A stretch of 64,000 bases of DNA from a virus: the IMG/VR virus record IMGVR_UViG_3300021963_009388, positions 38,496 to 102,495 of that record. One strand, given 5' to 3'. A program made the position numbers and the translations under genes. The notes under the pieces are model-generated. The model was given only the letters and a program-made list of their open reading frames with translations, was not told where the DNA came from and ran no database searches. Positions 45,601 to 54,232 of this stretch are shown here, one piece after another (within the stretch, counting starts at the first letter, position 1; every line of letters starts with the position of its first letter).

Positions 45601-46573
45601 AGGTATGCTGCTCAATATCTACCCTTCTGGAACACAGAGGCTGGGGACTTTACACTTTGATAATTCAACTTTAAACAACCCAAACTTAGATGGGCAGTAT
45701 ACTCCAGGTAGTTATCCTGCAGCGAACATTTCACCTGGGGCAGATTCTGGCCCTGGACATTTTAGGATTTCCGCCCACGGGCGAGGGGGCTATGCCGAAA
45801 AAGGGCTTGAAGGGCAAGGAGGCTATGAGATTGACAATCCAGGAAATAAAGGAATATCACTATCTCCGCTATACAGGGAGAATTTACCTGCGTTCATGAA
45901 AGGACAGAACCCTTCGACTTTGATGGCGCAGTCGTGCAACGCTCAAGGGGGCTGCACGCCCGCAACTTATGGTAGTCTGTTTAATGATTTAAAGACTCCT
46001 GGCACTAAGACGAACTTAAATAAAGTGGTTATGACCCCTCCAGGATATTACGCTACGGCTACTAGTGACCCTAATAAACCTGAAGGCGGGTCTGCCGGGG
46101 ATCCGTATGCAGGACGGTCTGACCCCCACAACCGCCCTCAGTATCAAGAACTCGGTTCCCCATACCATGAATATACGCTGCCTGCAGGAAGGGACGCGAC
46201 GAATAAGAACCATTGGCAAGATATGGGCATATACACAGACGGCCGGCAGAGCAGACCGTTCGAAGGCTTTAAAGGAGAGGTCCTGGAGCTGACTAAGCAC
46301 TTGAGTCAAGGCGGCAATTTAAAGGGTTACTTAGATAACGTAGAAAGAATAAACAATAACCCTGACGCCACGCCTCATAATATGGTTGGCTCTATTAACG
46401 CTAGGATGGGCGGTTCCGCCGCTGTAGCAGCTACTAGATCAATTCCTGAGATAATCGGTTCCCTAGGTTGGAACAATCATCTAAGAGCTATGCAAGATAG
46501 GTCTGAACGTAAACTAAGTAAAACTCCTGCTGTGCAGACTCCTGGTCTATATCCGGGCGTACCAATTAATTAG
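42662..46573 (+). CDS. 1303-aa polyprotein-like protein: degenerate 2H-phosphoesterase-like domain, acylphosphatase-like domain and further unknown modules
   Basis: GEKVQGVGLRK...GLPGLGVNNEDTGDVE matches the acylphosphatase signature; modules are separated by KNA, KLA and KSA. Confidence 0.65.
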   Translation: MTIPPLSLGITKGAEWLKALHAEMFTYGQSHGYMNKNAEHTSVHALAGRLQAGPSGNLELTVPSSLIKGVFDALDEPGAEFVVRNNRTESAIKVMTKEEVDKLGGTSHITERGHSYHYTLGPIVELPATGEYEKLWAISIKSDDLESIRRSYGLETSPQLGFYIPVGCKKKRVTESNDVSKLAGVYTASGEKVQGVGLRKMYHSLLEEQGLPGLGVNNEDTGDVELSFDGDEAKRQEVFNQLGSRVQAKTGHPVTFAPVDIPQSSVPVKLTNKDTERLNAIHHLAYRMSNMYDPADSSLDSNDDFKQKLADRFRLQVNQRGLKGTVPSRAAEQLLGTRPMYEGMMPARRTRSEEEALSDMAEAQKRRLMKALSGGRGFLAPNESGISKLASLLKSAGETFKYSDKVGVDPEPKLKIPAQNFYPPGSSTLKAVPKLAPTAPKPSITSTSFSPLKPSNTGTPEFHPGPDYERGDYQRQLQGQPSDAKYKPLPEEAPLGNTSMDFSYLAAPFVSKSLRSLWDISNLKGVKAMPSVKYGLPALGVTSAVAAAIPGIKTTYDAIARAPQDILDTIYRGAGFPRIGKDSRRSSADTGTLLGKGTGDSLGSAPRAENIKFPELKEVPFSIIGKDNATVSFARDLGWDVGKQILSNALHQGLNAYSTSKEGPKGPFGFTPSAQLSDAAARAAAAAAAEYTDKAGPDYAAAYQRHLNEFLKVNKGETALDTSGLSDPLLSQGNKDRLNTLSAIRRLPLPFELKGNPHFLKEVMDKYTPNLGETAWDLVFKGREDAAKLRENAANAAAFKARLKDKNFITETGKGAIKGDEMGNTAGRPLPSPDDKSKIPRANPINPVEQPWLRKEMSEGASRLGKGISDSLIPPRPKGQQPPAMFPQIRKLIEDLGDAAMKTNKSAGITEGEDTPSPVIPPISLPSYKPPSGLPAPPPPPGTDFNAMWDTWSKGKPKDGWGNDATINRNRPAKPTPDEPGMLLNIYPSGTQRLGTLHFDNSTLNNPNLDGQYTPGSYPAANISPGADSGPGHFRISAHGRGGYAEKGLEGQGGYEIDNPGNKGISLSPLYRENLPAFMKGQNPSTLMAQSCNAQGGCTPATYGSLFNDLKTPGTKTNLNKVVMTPPGYYATATSDPNKPEGGSAGDPYAGRSDPHNRPQYQELGSPYHEYTLPAGRDATNKNHWQDMGIYTDGRQSRPFEGFKGEVLELTKHLSQGGNLKGYLDNVERINNNPDATPHNMVGSINARMGGSAAVAATRSIPEIIGSLGWNNHLRAMQDRSERKLSKTPAVQTPGLYPGVPIN
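43121..43136. repeat. 16-bp palindrome, copy 6 (TTGGAGACGTCTCCAC, 1 mismatch)
   Basis: Inside a CDS, encoding LETSP. Confidence 0.9.
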
Positions 46574-46587
46574 AAAGCACTCTCCTC

Positions 46588-47145
46588 ATGAACTCAATCA
46601 GCAAGTTGCCTAATCATCTCGGCGGTCACGCTAACGTAACACACATGGACGTAGGCCTGCTTCTATATGCTAAGAACAAGCTAGGCGTTAATACGCTATT
46701 AGACGTAGGCTGCGGCACAGGTGGAATGGTAGAAGCCGCAAGAGCAAGAGGCATAGAAGCCTACGGCATAGACGGAGACTTCACGCTTAAGAGAACAGAC
46801 GATTGGTTTATTCTTCATGACTTTACTCAAGGCCCCTATACCTATAAGCAAGTAGATATGATATGGTCTTGTGAGTTTGTGGAGCATGTGGACAGTAAGT
46901 TTGAAGACAATTATATGCAGCTAATGCAGTCCGCTAACTATGTGTTCATGACCTTTGCTCCTCCAGGTAAGCGAGGCCATCACCACGTTAATTGCCAGTC
47001 TGCTGACTACTGGGTAGATTTGTTTAGTAGGTATGGGTTTACGTTTTACCCAACACTTACGAATACTGCAAAAATGGTAAGCACAATGCAGCGCGAGTTC
47101 TTTAAAAACAACGGTATGGTGTTTTCTAAAAAAGGTTATAAATAG
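46588..47145 (+). CDS. class I SAM-dependent methyltransferase
   Basis: LLDVGCGTG, GIDGD, SCEFVEHV and GHHHVNCQ. Confidence 0.85.
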   Translation: MNSISKLPNHLGGHANVTHMDVGLLLYAKNKLGVNTLLDVGCGTGGMVEAARARGIEAYGIDGDFTLKRTDDWFILHDFTQGPYTYKQVDMIWSCEFVEHVDSKFEDNYMQLMQSANYVFMTFAPPGKRGHHHVNCQSADYWVDLFSRYGFTFYPTLTNTAKMVSTMQREFFKNNGMVFSKKGYK

Positions 47146-47157
47146 GAGTCCTTGGTC

Positions 47158-47925
47158 ATGGGCTTAGGCGATGACTTGATGGTTACTGGTGAAGTGAGAG
47201 ACCTGTACGTCAAGAATCAATTAAAAGTCATGGTGATGATAGAAAAGAATAAGATAAGAAAATCAGAGGTGTTTCTACGTAACCCCTACATGATTAGAGA
47301 AGGCGAACCTTCAAATGTCTCTAATACTCAGGTGCTTGGTCCAGAGGCAGGTAGGCGCTACATATCTAAAATAACTCCTCATAAGTACGTATGGAAAGAC
47401 AGCACTCCTACGAGAGGGCAGATCTTCTTTAGTAATAAAGAATTAGTAACTGCTAGAGATATAGCTAAATCTTTAGGTAGTCTTCCTGTGTTTATAGAGC
47501 CTAACCTAAAGTCAAAAGCTCCTCTTAATAAGGATTGGGGCTGGGCTAACTGGAATAACCTTATCAATCGAGCCCCGGATATCAACTGGGTGCAGATAGT
47601 TAAGGATGGCAGTAAGCTATTACCCAAAGTACAGTACGCAACCACGCCAGACTTTCGAACTGCAATTGCTCTTCTAAAGCACGCCGCCGTTAGCGTGCTT
47701 CCTGAAGGAGGACTACATCACGCATCTGCAGTTGTCGGTAGCAAGGCTATTGTTTTGTTTGGTGGGTTTATCTCGCCTAAGCAGACTGGGTACGATGATC
47801 ACATAAACATATTTACGGGTGGAACGCCGTGCGGTAATAGGCTACCATGCCCTCATTGTAAAAAAGCCATGCAGGACATAACTCCAGACATGGTACTTGA
47901 TCACTTAAACGACATGCTTACTTAA
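47158..47925 (+). CDS. GT9 (heptosyltransferase-like) glycosyltransferase
   Basis: MGLGDDLM, EGGLHHASA, VLFGGF and C..AM..ITPDMV. Confidence 0.72.
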   Translation: MGLGDDLMVTGEVRDLYVKNQLKVMVMIEKNKIRKSEVFLRNPYMIREGEPSNVSNTQVLGPEAGRRYISKITPHKYVWKDSTPTRGQIFFSNKELVTARDIAKSLGSLPVFIEPNLKSKAPLNKDWGWANWNNLINRAPDINWVQIVKDGSKLLPKVQYATTPDFRTAIALLKHAAVSVLPEGGLHHASAVVGSKAIVLFGGFISPKQTGYDDHINIFTGGTPCGNRLPCPHCKKAMQDITPDMVLDHLNDMLT

Positions 47926-47934
47926 GGTATTTTT

Positions 47935-48594
47935 ATGGAAAAGGCAAATGGCTGGTGGTTCCCAGATAAAGAATCACATCTTCCTCAATGGTTAGAGGAA
48001 GTTAAAAAAAAGAAGCAATCTGTTATTCTTAACAACAGAGAAGCCTACCAAGGTAAAAAGCAGGTAGCGGCTATGGCTGCATGTAAGCAGTTTAGAAACG
48101 CTATAGATATCGGCGGGCACGTAGGCTTATGGTCGTTTAATTTGTCCCACAAATTCAAGAAGGTTGACGCATTTGAGCCAGTGCAAGCTCATAGAGATTG
48201 CTTTGCTAAGAACGTATTAGCTACACGCTCGAACGTTACTCTACACTCCTGCGCGCTAGGCTCAGTAGAGGGCAGCGTCTCAATGATCACCGAGAAAACA
48301 AGCAGTGGAGATACTCGAGTAGGGGGCGAAGGGAATATTCCTATGAAGACACTAGATAGTTTTAACCTAAACGACGTTGACCTTATTAAGATTGATTGCG
48401 AAGGCTATGAGCTGTTTGTTATTGAAGGCGGCGTAGAAACTATACTAAGGTGCAGGCCTGCTATCATAGTGGAGCAGAAGCCAGGGCACGGCGGAGCTTA
48501 TGGGCTAAGCGACACAGCCGCTGTATCCTTTCTTAAAGATATGGGCTATGTACTTAAAGCAGAGATGGCTGGGGATTTCATACTTACTTGCTAG
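47935..48594 (+). CDS. FkbM-family methyltransferase
   Basis: IDIGGHVG, AFEP and IKIDCEGYE. Confidence 0.85.
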   Translation: MEKANGWWFPDKESHLPQWLEEVKKKKQSVILNNREAYQGKKQVAAMAACKQFRNAIDIGGHVGLWSFNLSHKFKKVDAFEPVQAHRDCFAKNVLATRSNVTLHSCALGSVEGSVSMITEKTSSGDTRVGGEGNIPMKTLDSFNLNDVDLIKIDCEGYELFVIEGGVETILRCRPAIIVEQKPGHGGAYGLSDTAAVSFLKDMGYVLKAEMAGDFILTC

Positions 48595-48617
48595 TAACTA
48601 GCAGAAAAGACATAACC

Positions 48618-49784
48618 ATGGGTATCAAGAAGAAGATAGCGTTTATAGGCGGGCTTACTACGTTTGCAGGAGATGTGCAGGGGTTTAAAAAACTCTATAG
48701 AAATATACTAGTTAACGGAGGAACTCACGACTTAGAGGCTATTCATGTGTGCGCCAACGCTTACTGCACTCCTGCAGCGTCCTACAAGCAGGTAGAGCTA
48801 GCCCCGGGCCTACACGAAGCCAAGACTTTAAAAGATCAACTTAACCGGCACACTTTTTTAACATTTGAAGATATGGCCAAGATGAGCCAAGCCGACGTCT
48901 ATTGCATTCAGTCTACCTTTGGGTCTACTGCTCCTTATAGAGTTTATGACCCGGCAACCATCTTTAATAAAAACATAATGCTTACTATAAAGAATTATAT
49001 TAATTCCATGGCTGCAGGGTTCGCTTCCGCTCACGGTAAAAAGCTAATAGTCTTAGAGTCTGGCACTCTTAGTAGGCTTAGAGCTAACTTCTCAAAGGTG
49101 TCAAAGAATTACCTAGACCACTTTCCTTTATACAGTCGCCTAGGGCTTAATCACTGGTGTTACGATAAGGCTAAGTGGTGCAACCCTGATCTTACTCCCG
49201 ATAGCAGGCCTATTAAGTTAGATAGGTTTATAGCTACCATCGCAAAAGAAAAAAGTTACTACCCCATAACCAATGTGTATAACCACAAATGGCGTAACAA
49301 CCAAGACGGGTATATTCTAATCATTGGGGGCTTAGAAGGTGATCCAACGCATAGCTATAGGTCAGTGAGGGAATATATAAGCGAATCATATCACGCTATT
49401 CGAGAAACGTCGGATAGAGCCGTTGCTTTTAAGCCTCATCCATTTAGCACCGAGAAAAACGCGGATATATGCGCCGAGTACGGTATAGCTATAATGGATA
49501 ATAAGCGACCTCTCAGCACCATACAGGATGAATGTTACTGCACGGTAATAGACAACAGTACAAGTGTGTTTGAGCTTATTAACTTAGGCATACCTTGCGT
49601 GTGTAGCCCTTCTAGCTTTGCTGCTCCACTGGGAAACACAAATTTATCAAACGTAGATAATTTGTACTACGCAAGTAGCGAAGAAGTCCTAAAATGGTAT
49701 CAGGATATGGCCTACACGGAGTTCTCAGACCTAGAGTTGTACAGAGCCGATATGTGTAAGTATGTAAGAGAGCTTATAGATTAA
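48618..49784 (+). CDS. capsular-polysaccharide-type (KpsS/KpsC-like) GT-B protein
   Basis: AFKPHP and NSTSVFELINLGIP. Confidence 0.55.
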   Translation: MGIKKKIAFIGGLTTFAGDVQGFKKLYRNILVNGGTHDLEAIHVCANAYCTPAASYKQVELAPGLHEAKTLKDQLNRHTFLTFEDMAKMSQADVYCIQSTFGSTAPYRVYDPATIFNKNIMLTIKNYINSMAAGFASAHGKKLIVLESGTLSRLRANFSKVSKNYLDHFPLYSRLGLNHWCYDKAKWCNPDLTPDSRPIKLDRFIATIAKEKSYYPITNVYNHKWRNNQDGYILIIGGLEGDPTHSYRSVREYISESYHAIRETSDRAVAFKPHPFSTEKNADICAEYGIAIMDNKRPLSTIQDECYCTVIDNSTSVFELINLGIPCVCSPSSFAAPLGNTNLSNVDNLYYASSEEVLKWYQDMAYTEFSDLELYRADMCKYVRELID

Positions 49785-49812
49785 TTCACACTTTACAGGA
49801 TGTAAAACTATT

Positions 49813-50373
49813 ATGGCCGGATGGTTTAAAGCTGGAAAAAATGATAACTCAGGGCATAGGTCTTTAGAAGAGCAGATGCTAGGGCTAAAGCAAGCCTTAG
49901 AATTAGCTAAGGGAAAAACAGTATTAGATCTTGGGTGCGCCGAAGGCCTAATATCTAGAGAGTTTGCAAAAGCTGGCGCAAGCTTGGTGCTAGGTATAGA
50001 GGTTATTAAAGAGTTTGTAAACGATGCTGTAGAGTTATGCAAGAACTACTCTAACGTGTCTTTTATACTAGCCAATCTTGATGACAAGGTAAAAAAGCCA
50101 GTAATTAACAAGTACGACATCGTGCTTGCTCTAGCCATAATACACAAGGCTCATAATCCTATAGAATACCTACAGTTCTCAATGGACTCTTGCGCAGCTG
50201 AAGGGCTTCTAGTCATTCGTTACCCGGTTAACGCTAGTAACGGCATATTGAAGTCTAAACATACAGATGTAACCTGTGACGTTGCTGGAACATTGGCTTC
50301 GTCTGGGTTTACTATGGCTGGCAAATACGCGGGCCCTAGAGGTGAAGAAGTTGAGTATTGGCGTAAAGGTTAA
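49813..50373 (+). CDS. class I SAM-dependent methyltransferase
   Basis: VLDLGCAEG and YDIVLALAIIH. Confidence 0.82.
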   Translation: MAGWFKAGKNDNSGHRSLEEQMLGLKQALELAKGKTVLDLGCAEGLISREFAKAGASLVLGIEVIKEFVNDAVELCKNYSNVSFILANLDDKVKKPVINKYDIVLALAIIHKAHNPIEYLQFSMDSCAAEGLLVIRYPVNASNGILKSKHTDVTCDVAGTLASSGFTMAGKYAGPRGEEVEYWRKG

Positions 50374-50452
50374 TACTCTGCACGAATATATAGCTTCCGT
50401 CGAAGGCTCCTGTTAAACTATAATACTATACGTTCAAACTAGGAGCTTAGGC

Positions 50453-52492
50453 ATGCCCTTTAAATCAGATTCCCAGCGCAAGTTATGCTACCTTCTTAAA
50501 GGCAAAGGCCAGGCAGGCTCATGGGATTGCGATGAGTGGTCTACTGCAACAGGTAAGAAGAAACTTCCAGAACACGTAGAAGATCAAACAGAGAAGAAGG
50601 CTAACGGTCTTAATGATGTTAAAGCTTTGTGCGCTTTGTGGGCAGCCCCTTCTCCTATCAAAGAGGCAGCAGCTAAATCCCTTCTTTCAAAGCTATCTTC
50701 TGTAATTACTAGCCCAGGTAGAGGCTCAGGCGATATAGAGGAGTCAGCGGTAGACCCAGACCCTTCTGAAGGAATGCAGAAAGCTAAGCCTATGCCGGCA
50801 AGAATGGGGCATAGAGGGGGAAATAAGTTCGTGTCTCCAAAGGGCGCAGCTAGAAACGCTTTGATGCGGGCTACCAAAGAGGTATTTGGCCAGGATGTCA
50901 ATAACAGAGGAATCAAGTTAGCTGGTGGCCCTCCGTCAGGTAATACGCTTGGTGGCCCTTCTCCTAGTTCAAAACCCAAAACTAAGTTACCTACATCTCA
51001 AGGCTATAGCCCTGCAAACTCCGCAATGGGGGCTGTTCAGCCTTTTATTAATGCTGGAACAAACCTTTATAACGCTGCGGCTCCTGAAATGAATAAGCTT
51101 AAAGGTGAGACTGCTAGAGTAGGGGAAGGAGTCAAAGCTCAAGCAGGAGCATGGGGAAATGCTAAGAACTGGCTTTCTGCAAAAGGCATCTCTGACACTG
51201 CCACCGGAGCAGCTAAATCAGTGGGAAATCTTTCAGGCGAGGCAGCAGGGGCCGCTCAAGGAGGCGCAGCGATAGCAACAGACTTAGGGCAAACAGCAGG
51301 CGGGATGTTTAAGTCTATTGGTAATGCTATTCCTGGTGCTTCAAGTGCTTTTCCTCAGTTTGCAAAATCTAGCGCCGGTCCAATTAGAAATATACTAAAT
51401 AGAAGATCTGGAGGCTCAGCGCCTAAAAGTTCACCTCCGCCATCTATTAACAACAATGCAGCCGCAGAGGTAACTCCCCCCGAGCCCGCAGCCACTGCTC
51501 CAGCTGTTCCTCCTGTTCCAGATGTTCCGCCTGCTCCAGTTGCCCCGGTGAATGAGAACCCTCCGCCTATGACTCCTTTCCAAAAAGCATTCGGGCGAGG
51601 TAAACAAAAAATAGCCGATCTTAAAGCTAAAGGCCGACAAGTATCCAATGCAGCCGGCGCAAATGGCGCTTCTGGAACCTCTGAAGGAACTATCGAGCAG
51701 GGTAAAGTCCAACTAGGTGCCACGTTTACACCAGCTGCTCCTACTGCACCGGCTGCACCTATTCAGCCAGCTGCCAATACTGCACCTAAGTCAAACACTT
51801 CAAAACCTTTATTTCCTGGTAGCCCTATAGCCTCAGGCGTTGTTAATGGGGTAAATACTGGGGTCCAAGCTTTGTTTGACTCTAAAGCACACGAAAATCT
51901 TAAACAGATGGCTGGAAGGCCTGATATTCCCAAAGCTTACAAAGACGTGGGTGAGTGGTGGAACCGAAACACGTCAGGCGGTGTCGATAAGGCAATAGAT
52001 TACGGCGTAGATGCTTATATGGGCAAGAAGCCAGACGGATTTTTGGACGGTACCTTACATGCGGGCAAGTCTACGTTTCTTAAAAATCAGATAAAAGGAG
52101 TTAAGAATAACGCATTTACCGCACTTAATAACACCGTCACTGGCGTAGGCAGTTTAGCAAACACCGCTATCAACGCAGTACCAGGAGCCCGCCCTGCAGT
52201 CAATGCAGTAGGTGCAGGCGTGAATAATGCAGTACAAGGAGTTCAGCAGGGGGCATATAACGGAGTAGCCAAGTTTGATGCCGAGAGGCAAACGGCCGGC
52301 TACGCCCTTCCAGCAGTTAATTGGATGAACTCTAATCCATGGGCCAAGTACTTAGGAGCTGCAGCCCTAGGGGGCTTAGGTCTTTATGGTATTCATAAGT
52401 ACATGGGTGGTGGTAATAAGAATAAAGGAACCGGAAGCGCTTTAGATCAGAACTTCCAGCAAGGGCTAGCGTCACAGCAACCTAGGAGGTAA
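50453..52492 (+). CDS. Ala/Gly/Pro-rich multi-module protein, probably virion-associated
   Basis: MPFKSDSQRK N-terminus; KKA, KEA and KLA boundaries; C-terminal GAAALGGLGLYG. Confidence 0.7.
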   Translation: MPFKSDSQRKLCYLLKGKGQAGSWDCDEWSTATGKKKLPEHVEDQTEKKANGLNDVKALCALWAAPSPIKEAAAKSLLSKLSSVITSPGRGSGDIEESAVDPDPSEGMQKAKPMPARMGHRGGNKFVSPKGAARNALMRATKEVFGQDVNNRGIKLAGGPPSGNTLGGPSPSSKPKTKLPTSQGYSPANSAMGAVQPFINAGTNLYNAAAPEMNKLKGETARVGEGVKAQAGAWGNAKNWLSAKGISDTATGAAKSVGNLSGEAAGAAQGGAAIATDLGQTAGGMFKSIGNAIPGASSAFPQFAKSSAGPIRNILNRRSGGSAPKSSPPPSINNNAAAEVTPPEPAATAPAVPPVPDVPPAPVAPVNENPPPMTPFQKAFGRGKQKIADLKAKGRQVSNAAGANGASGTSEGTIEQGKVQLGATFTPAAPTAPAAPIQPAANTAPKSNTSKPLFPGSPIASGVVNGVNTGVQALFDSKAHENLKQMAGRPDIPKAYKDVGEWWNRNTSGGVDKAIDYGVDAYMGKKPDGFLDGTLHAGKSTFLKNQIKGVKNNAFTALNNTVTGVGSLANTAINAVPGARPAVNAVGAGVNNAVQGVQQGAYNGVAKFDAERQTAGYALPAVNWMNSNPWAKYLGAAALGGLGLYGIHKYMGGGNKNKGTGSALDQNFQQGLASQQPRR

Positions 52493-52496
52493 TACT

Positions 52497-53198
52497 ATGG
52501 CAGTATTTAGTAATGACCCAAGAGCACAAGGTCTATGGGAGCGAATACAGGGGCTTAACCTTCTTACGGCTAGCCCATGCCCTGATACCAGGCAGATAAT
52601 TACTGATTTATGCAATAATGACCCGGATAAGCTTAGCCGTTTCGGTTATGCAGGGTGTAGGAAAGTAGAAACAGTCAAAAACGACTGTCAAGACTACAAC
52701 CGTTACGTCCAAGCGAAAGCAGATGCTAACACTGCGCTTACAAAGTACCTGGATGATACGGCTAAGGCTAAAGCTGCTGCTGATAATAAGGCAGCGGACC
52801 TTGCCGCTGAGCAGGCTATACTGGCGCGCCGTAGGGCTAGCAATACAGCCCTTGAAAATGCTCGACGTGACGCCTGTAGCTATATTGCAGATCCTACGGT
52901 AATTATGAATAAACCTCAAAAGGAAGCTACAGCTATACAGGAGGGTTGCCTTAAAGCTAGCAACGATTATGAGAATAACAGAACCCTTGAAAGCACTAGA
53001 GTAACCTTTGATGAAATAGCTAGAGAAAGGGGCCAGTCCTCTGCTACAGGAGCTAGGGCAGCCCCAGGTGTAGCCAGAGCCCTTGCACAGCCGGCGCGTA
53101 CGCCTAGGGCTAGACTACCTAGGCCAAAGCCAGCCCCCCGAGTACCTAGAAAGCCTGTACTCAGGGCTAAACGAGTTTCTTCTGCACAGTCAGGATGA
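52497..53198 (+). CDS. Cys-containing protein with basic C-terminal tail ending RAKRVSSAQSG
   Basis: 233-aa ORF; GGAGG RBS. Confidence 0.7.
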   Translation: MAVFSNDPRAQGLWERIQGLNLLTASPCPDTRQIITDLCNNDPDKLSRFGYAGCRKVETVKNDCQDYNRYVQAKADANTALTKYLDDTAKAKAAADNKAADLAAEQAILARRRASNTALENARRDACSYIADPTVIMNKPQKEATAIQEGCLKASNDYENNRTLESTRVTFDEIARERGQSSATGARAAPGVARALAQPARTPRARLPRPKPAPRVPRKPVLRAKRVSSAQSG

Positions 53199-53229
53199 TC
53201 CTAAACACAGTTCAGCCGTAATAGATAGA

Positions 53230-53245
53230 GTGGAGACGTCTCCAA
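53230..53245. repeat. 16-bp palindrome, copy 7 (GTGGAGACGTCTCCAA, 1 mismatch), intergenic
   Basis: Abuts the RBS of ORF 53256. Confidence 0.9.
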
Positions 53246-53255
53246 AGGAGTTGCC

Positions 53256-53501
53256 ATGCTTTTACAGCTTAATCCCCCTATTCCAGTGATAACTATAAAG
53301 GGAAAAGGAATGGCGCACGTAGTTATCGATTACAGCCAAGAACACGACCTAATGTGGGTAGTATTCCAAGACGATACAGGTGAGTGCTGGACTTGGCGCA
53401 ACTCGGATATTCGAAGCCAAGATAATACTTCTTTAGGAAGAGAAAAGCCCTCTCTTCCAGCCAATAAGCCCTTCTGGGATATGATCATAAGCTCTGACTA
53501 A
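53256..53501 (+). CDS. small hypothetical phage protein
   Basis: 81 aa; AAGGAG RBS. Confidence 0.7.
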   Translation: MLLQLNPPIPVITIKGKGMAHVVIDYSQEHDLMWVVFQDDTGECWTWRNSDIRSQDNTSLGREKPSLPANKPFWDMIISSD

Positions 53502-53616
53502 TAAACCACTTACATCAAATGCCTCTTTAATAGTTCCTTGCGTGCGTTAGTTGGGATATGATAGATAGTAGACCGACTGACCCTTTAAACTTAAACGCCT
53601 AACGCAAGGAGCACCT

Positions 53617-54201
53617 ATGACTAGGACCCTGCGAGGAAACAGAATACCACTCCCTGACGCTCGTCAAAAATCGTGCTACACCTGTGGGCCTGCTGCCCTT
53701 AGCGCCATTCTGGGCTATTGGGGAGAGTTCATTGATGAATCTGTTCTTGCTGCTGAATTAAAATCAGACCCTATCGACGGCACTAGCCCTATGGAGCTTA
53801 GCAAAGCAGCTAAGGCAAGAGGCTACAACACCGTGTGGCATGAGCGCATGACCAATCAGGAGCTTAAGTATTATTTAGAAGAAGGGCATCCAGTAATCAT
53901 TGCCGTTCAGGCCTGGGCCTCTACTCCTGCTGAGTTAGCCGGAGATAGCGGCCACTACGTTATAGCAATAGACTACGACGCAAAGAATGTTTACTTCGAA
54001 GACCCAGCTCTTGATGACGCTAGGGGCTACATACCTTGGCAAGACTTTGAAGACCGGTGGCACGATAAGGATAAGACCGGAAGACCTTACAGAAGATTTG
54101 GTTTAGCAATATGGAAGAATGAGAGGCCTGTAACAGAGTCTTTCGTAGAGGCTATCTCTATGATTCTTTTTGAAGACAAACCAACAAAAGTAGGAGAATA
54201 A
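53617..54201 (+). CDS. C39-family cysteine peptidase
   Basis: QKSCYTCGPAAL (Q...C), GHYVIA (H) and EDP (D). Confidence 0.82.
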   Translation: MTRTLRGNRIPLPDARQKSCYTCGPAALSAILGYWGEFIDESVLAAELKSDPIDGTSPMELSKAAKARGYNTVWHERMTNQELKYYLEEGHPVIIAVQAWASTPAELAGDSGHYVIAIDYDAKNVYFEDPALDDARGYIPWQDFEDRWHDKDKTGRPYRRFGLAIWKNERPVTESFVEAISMILFEDKPTKVGE

Positions 54202-54232
54202 TTATGAATCCAAGATATAAGGAGTAAATCAA

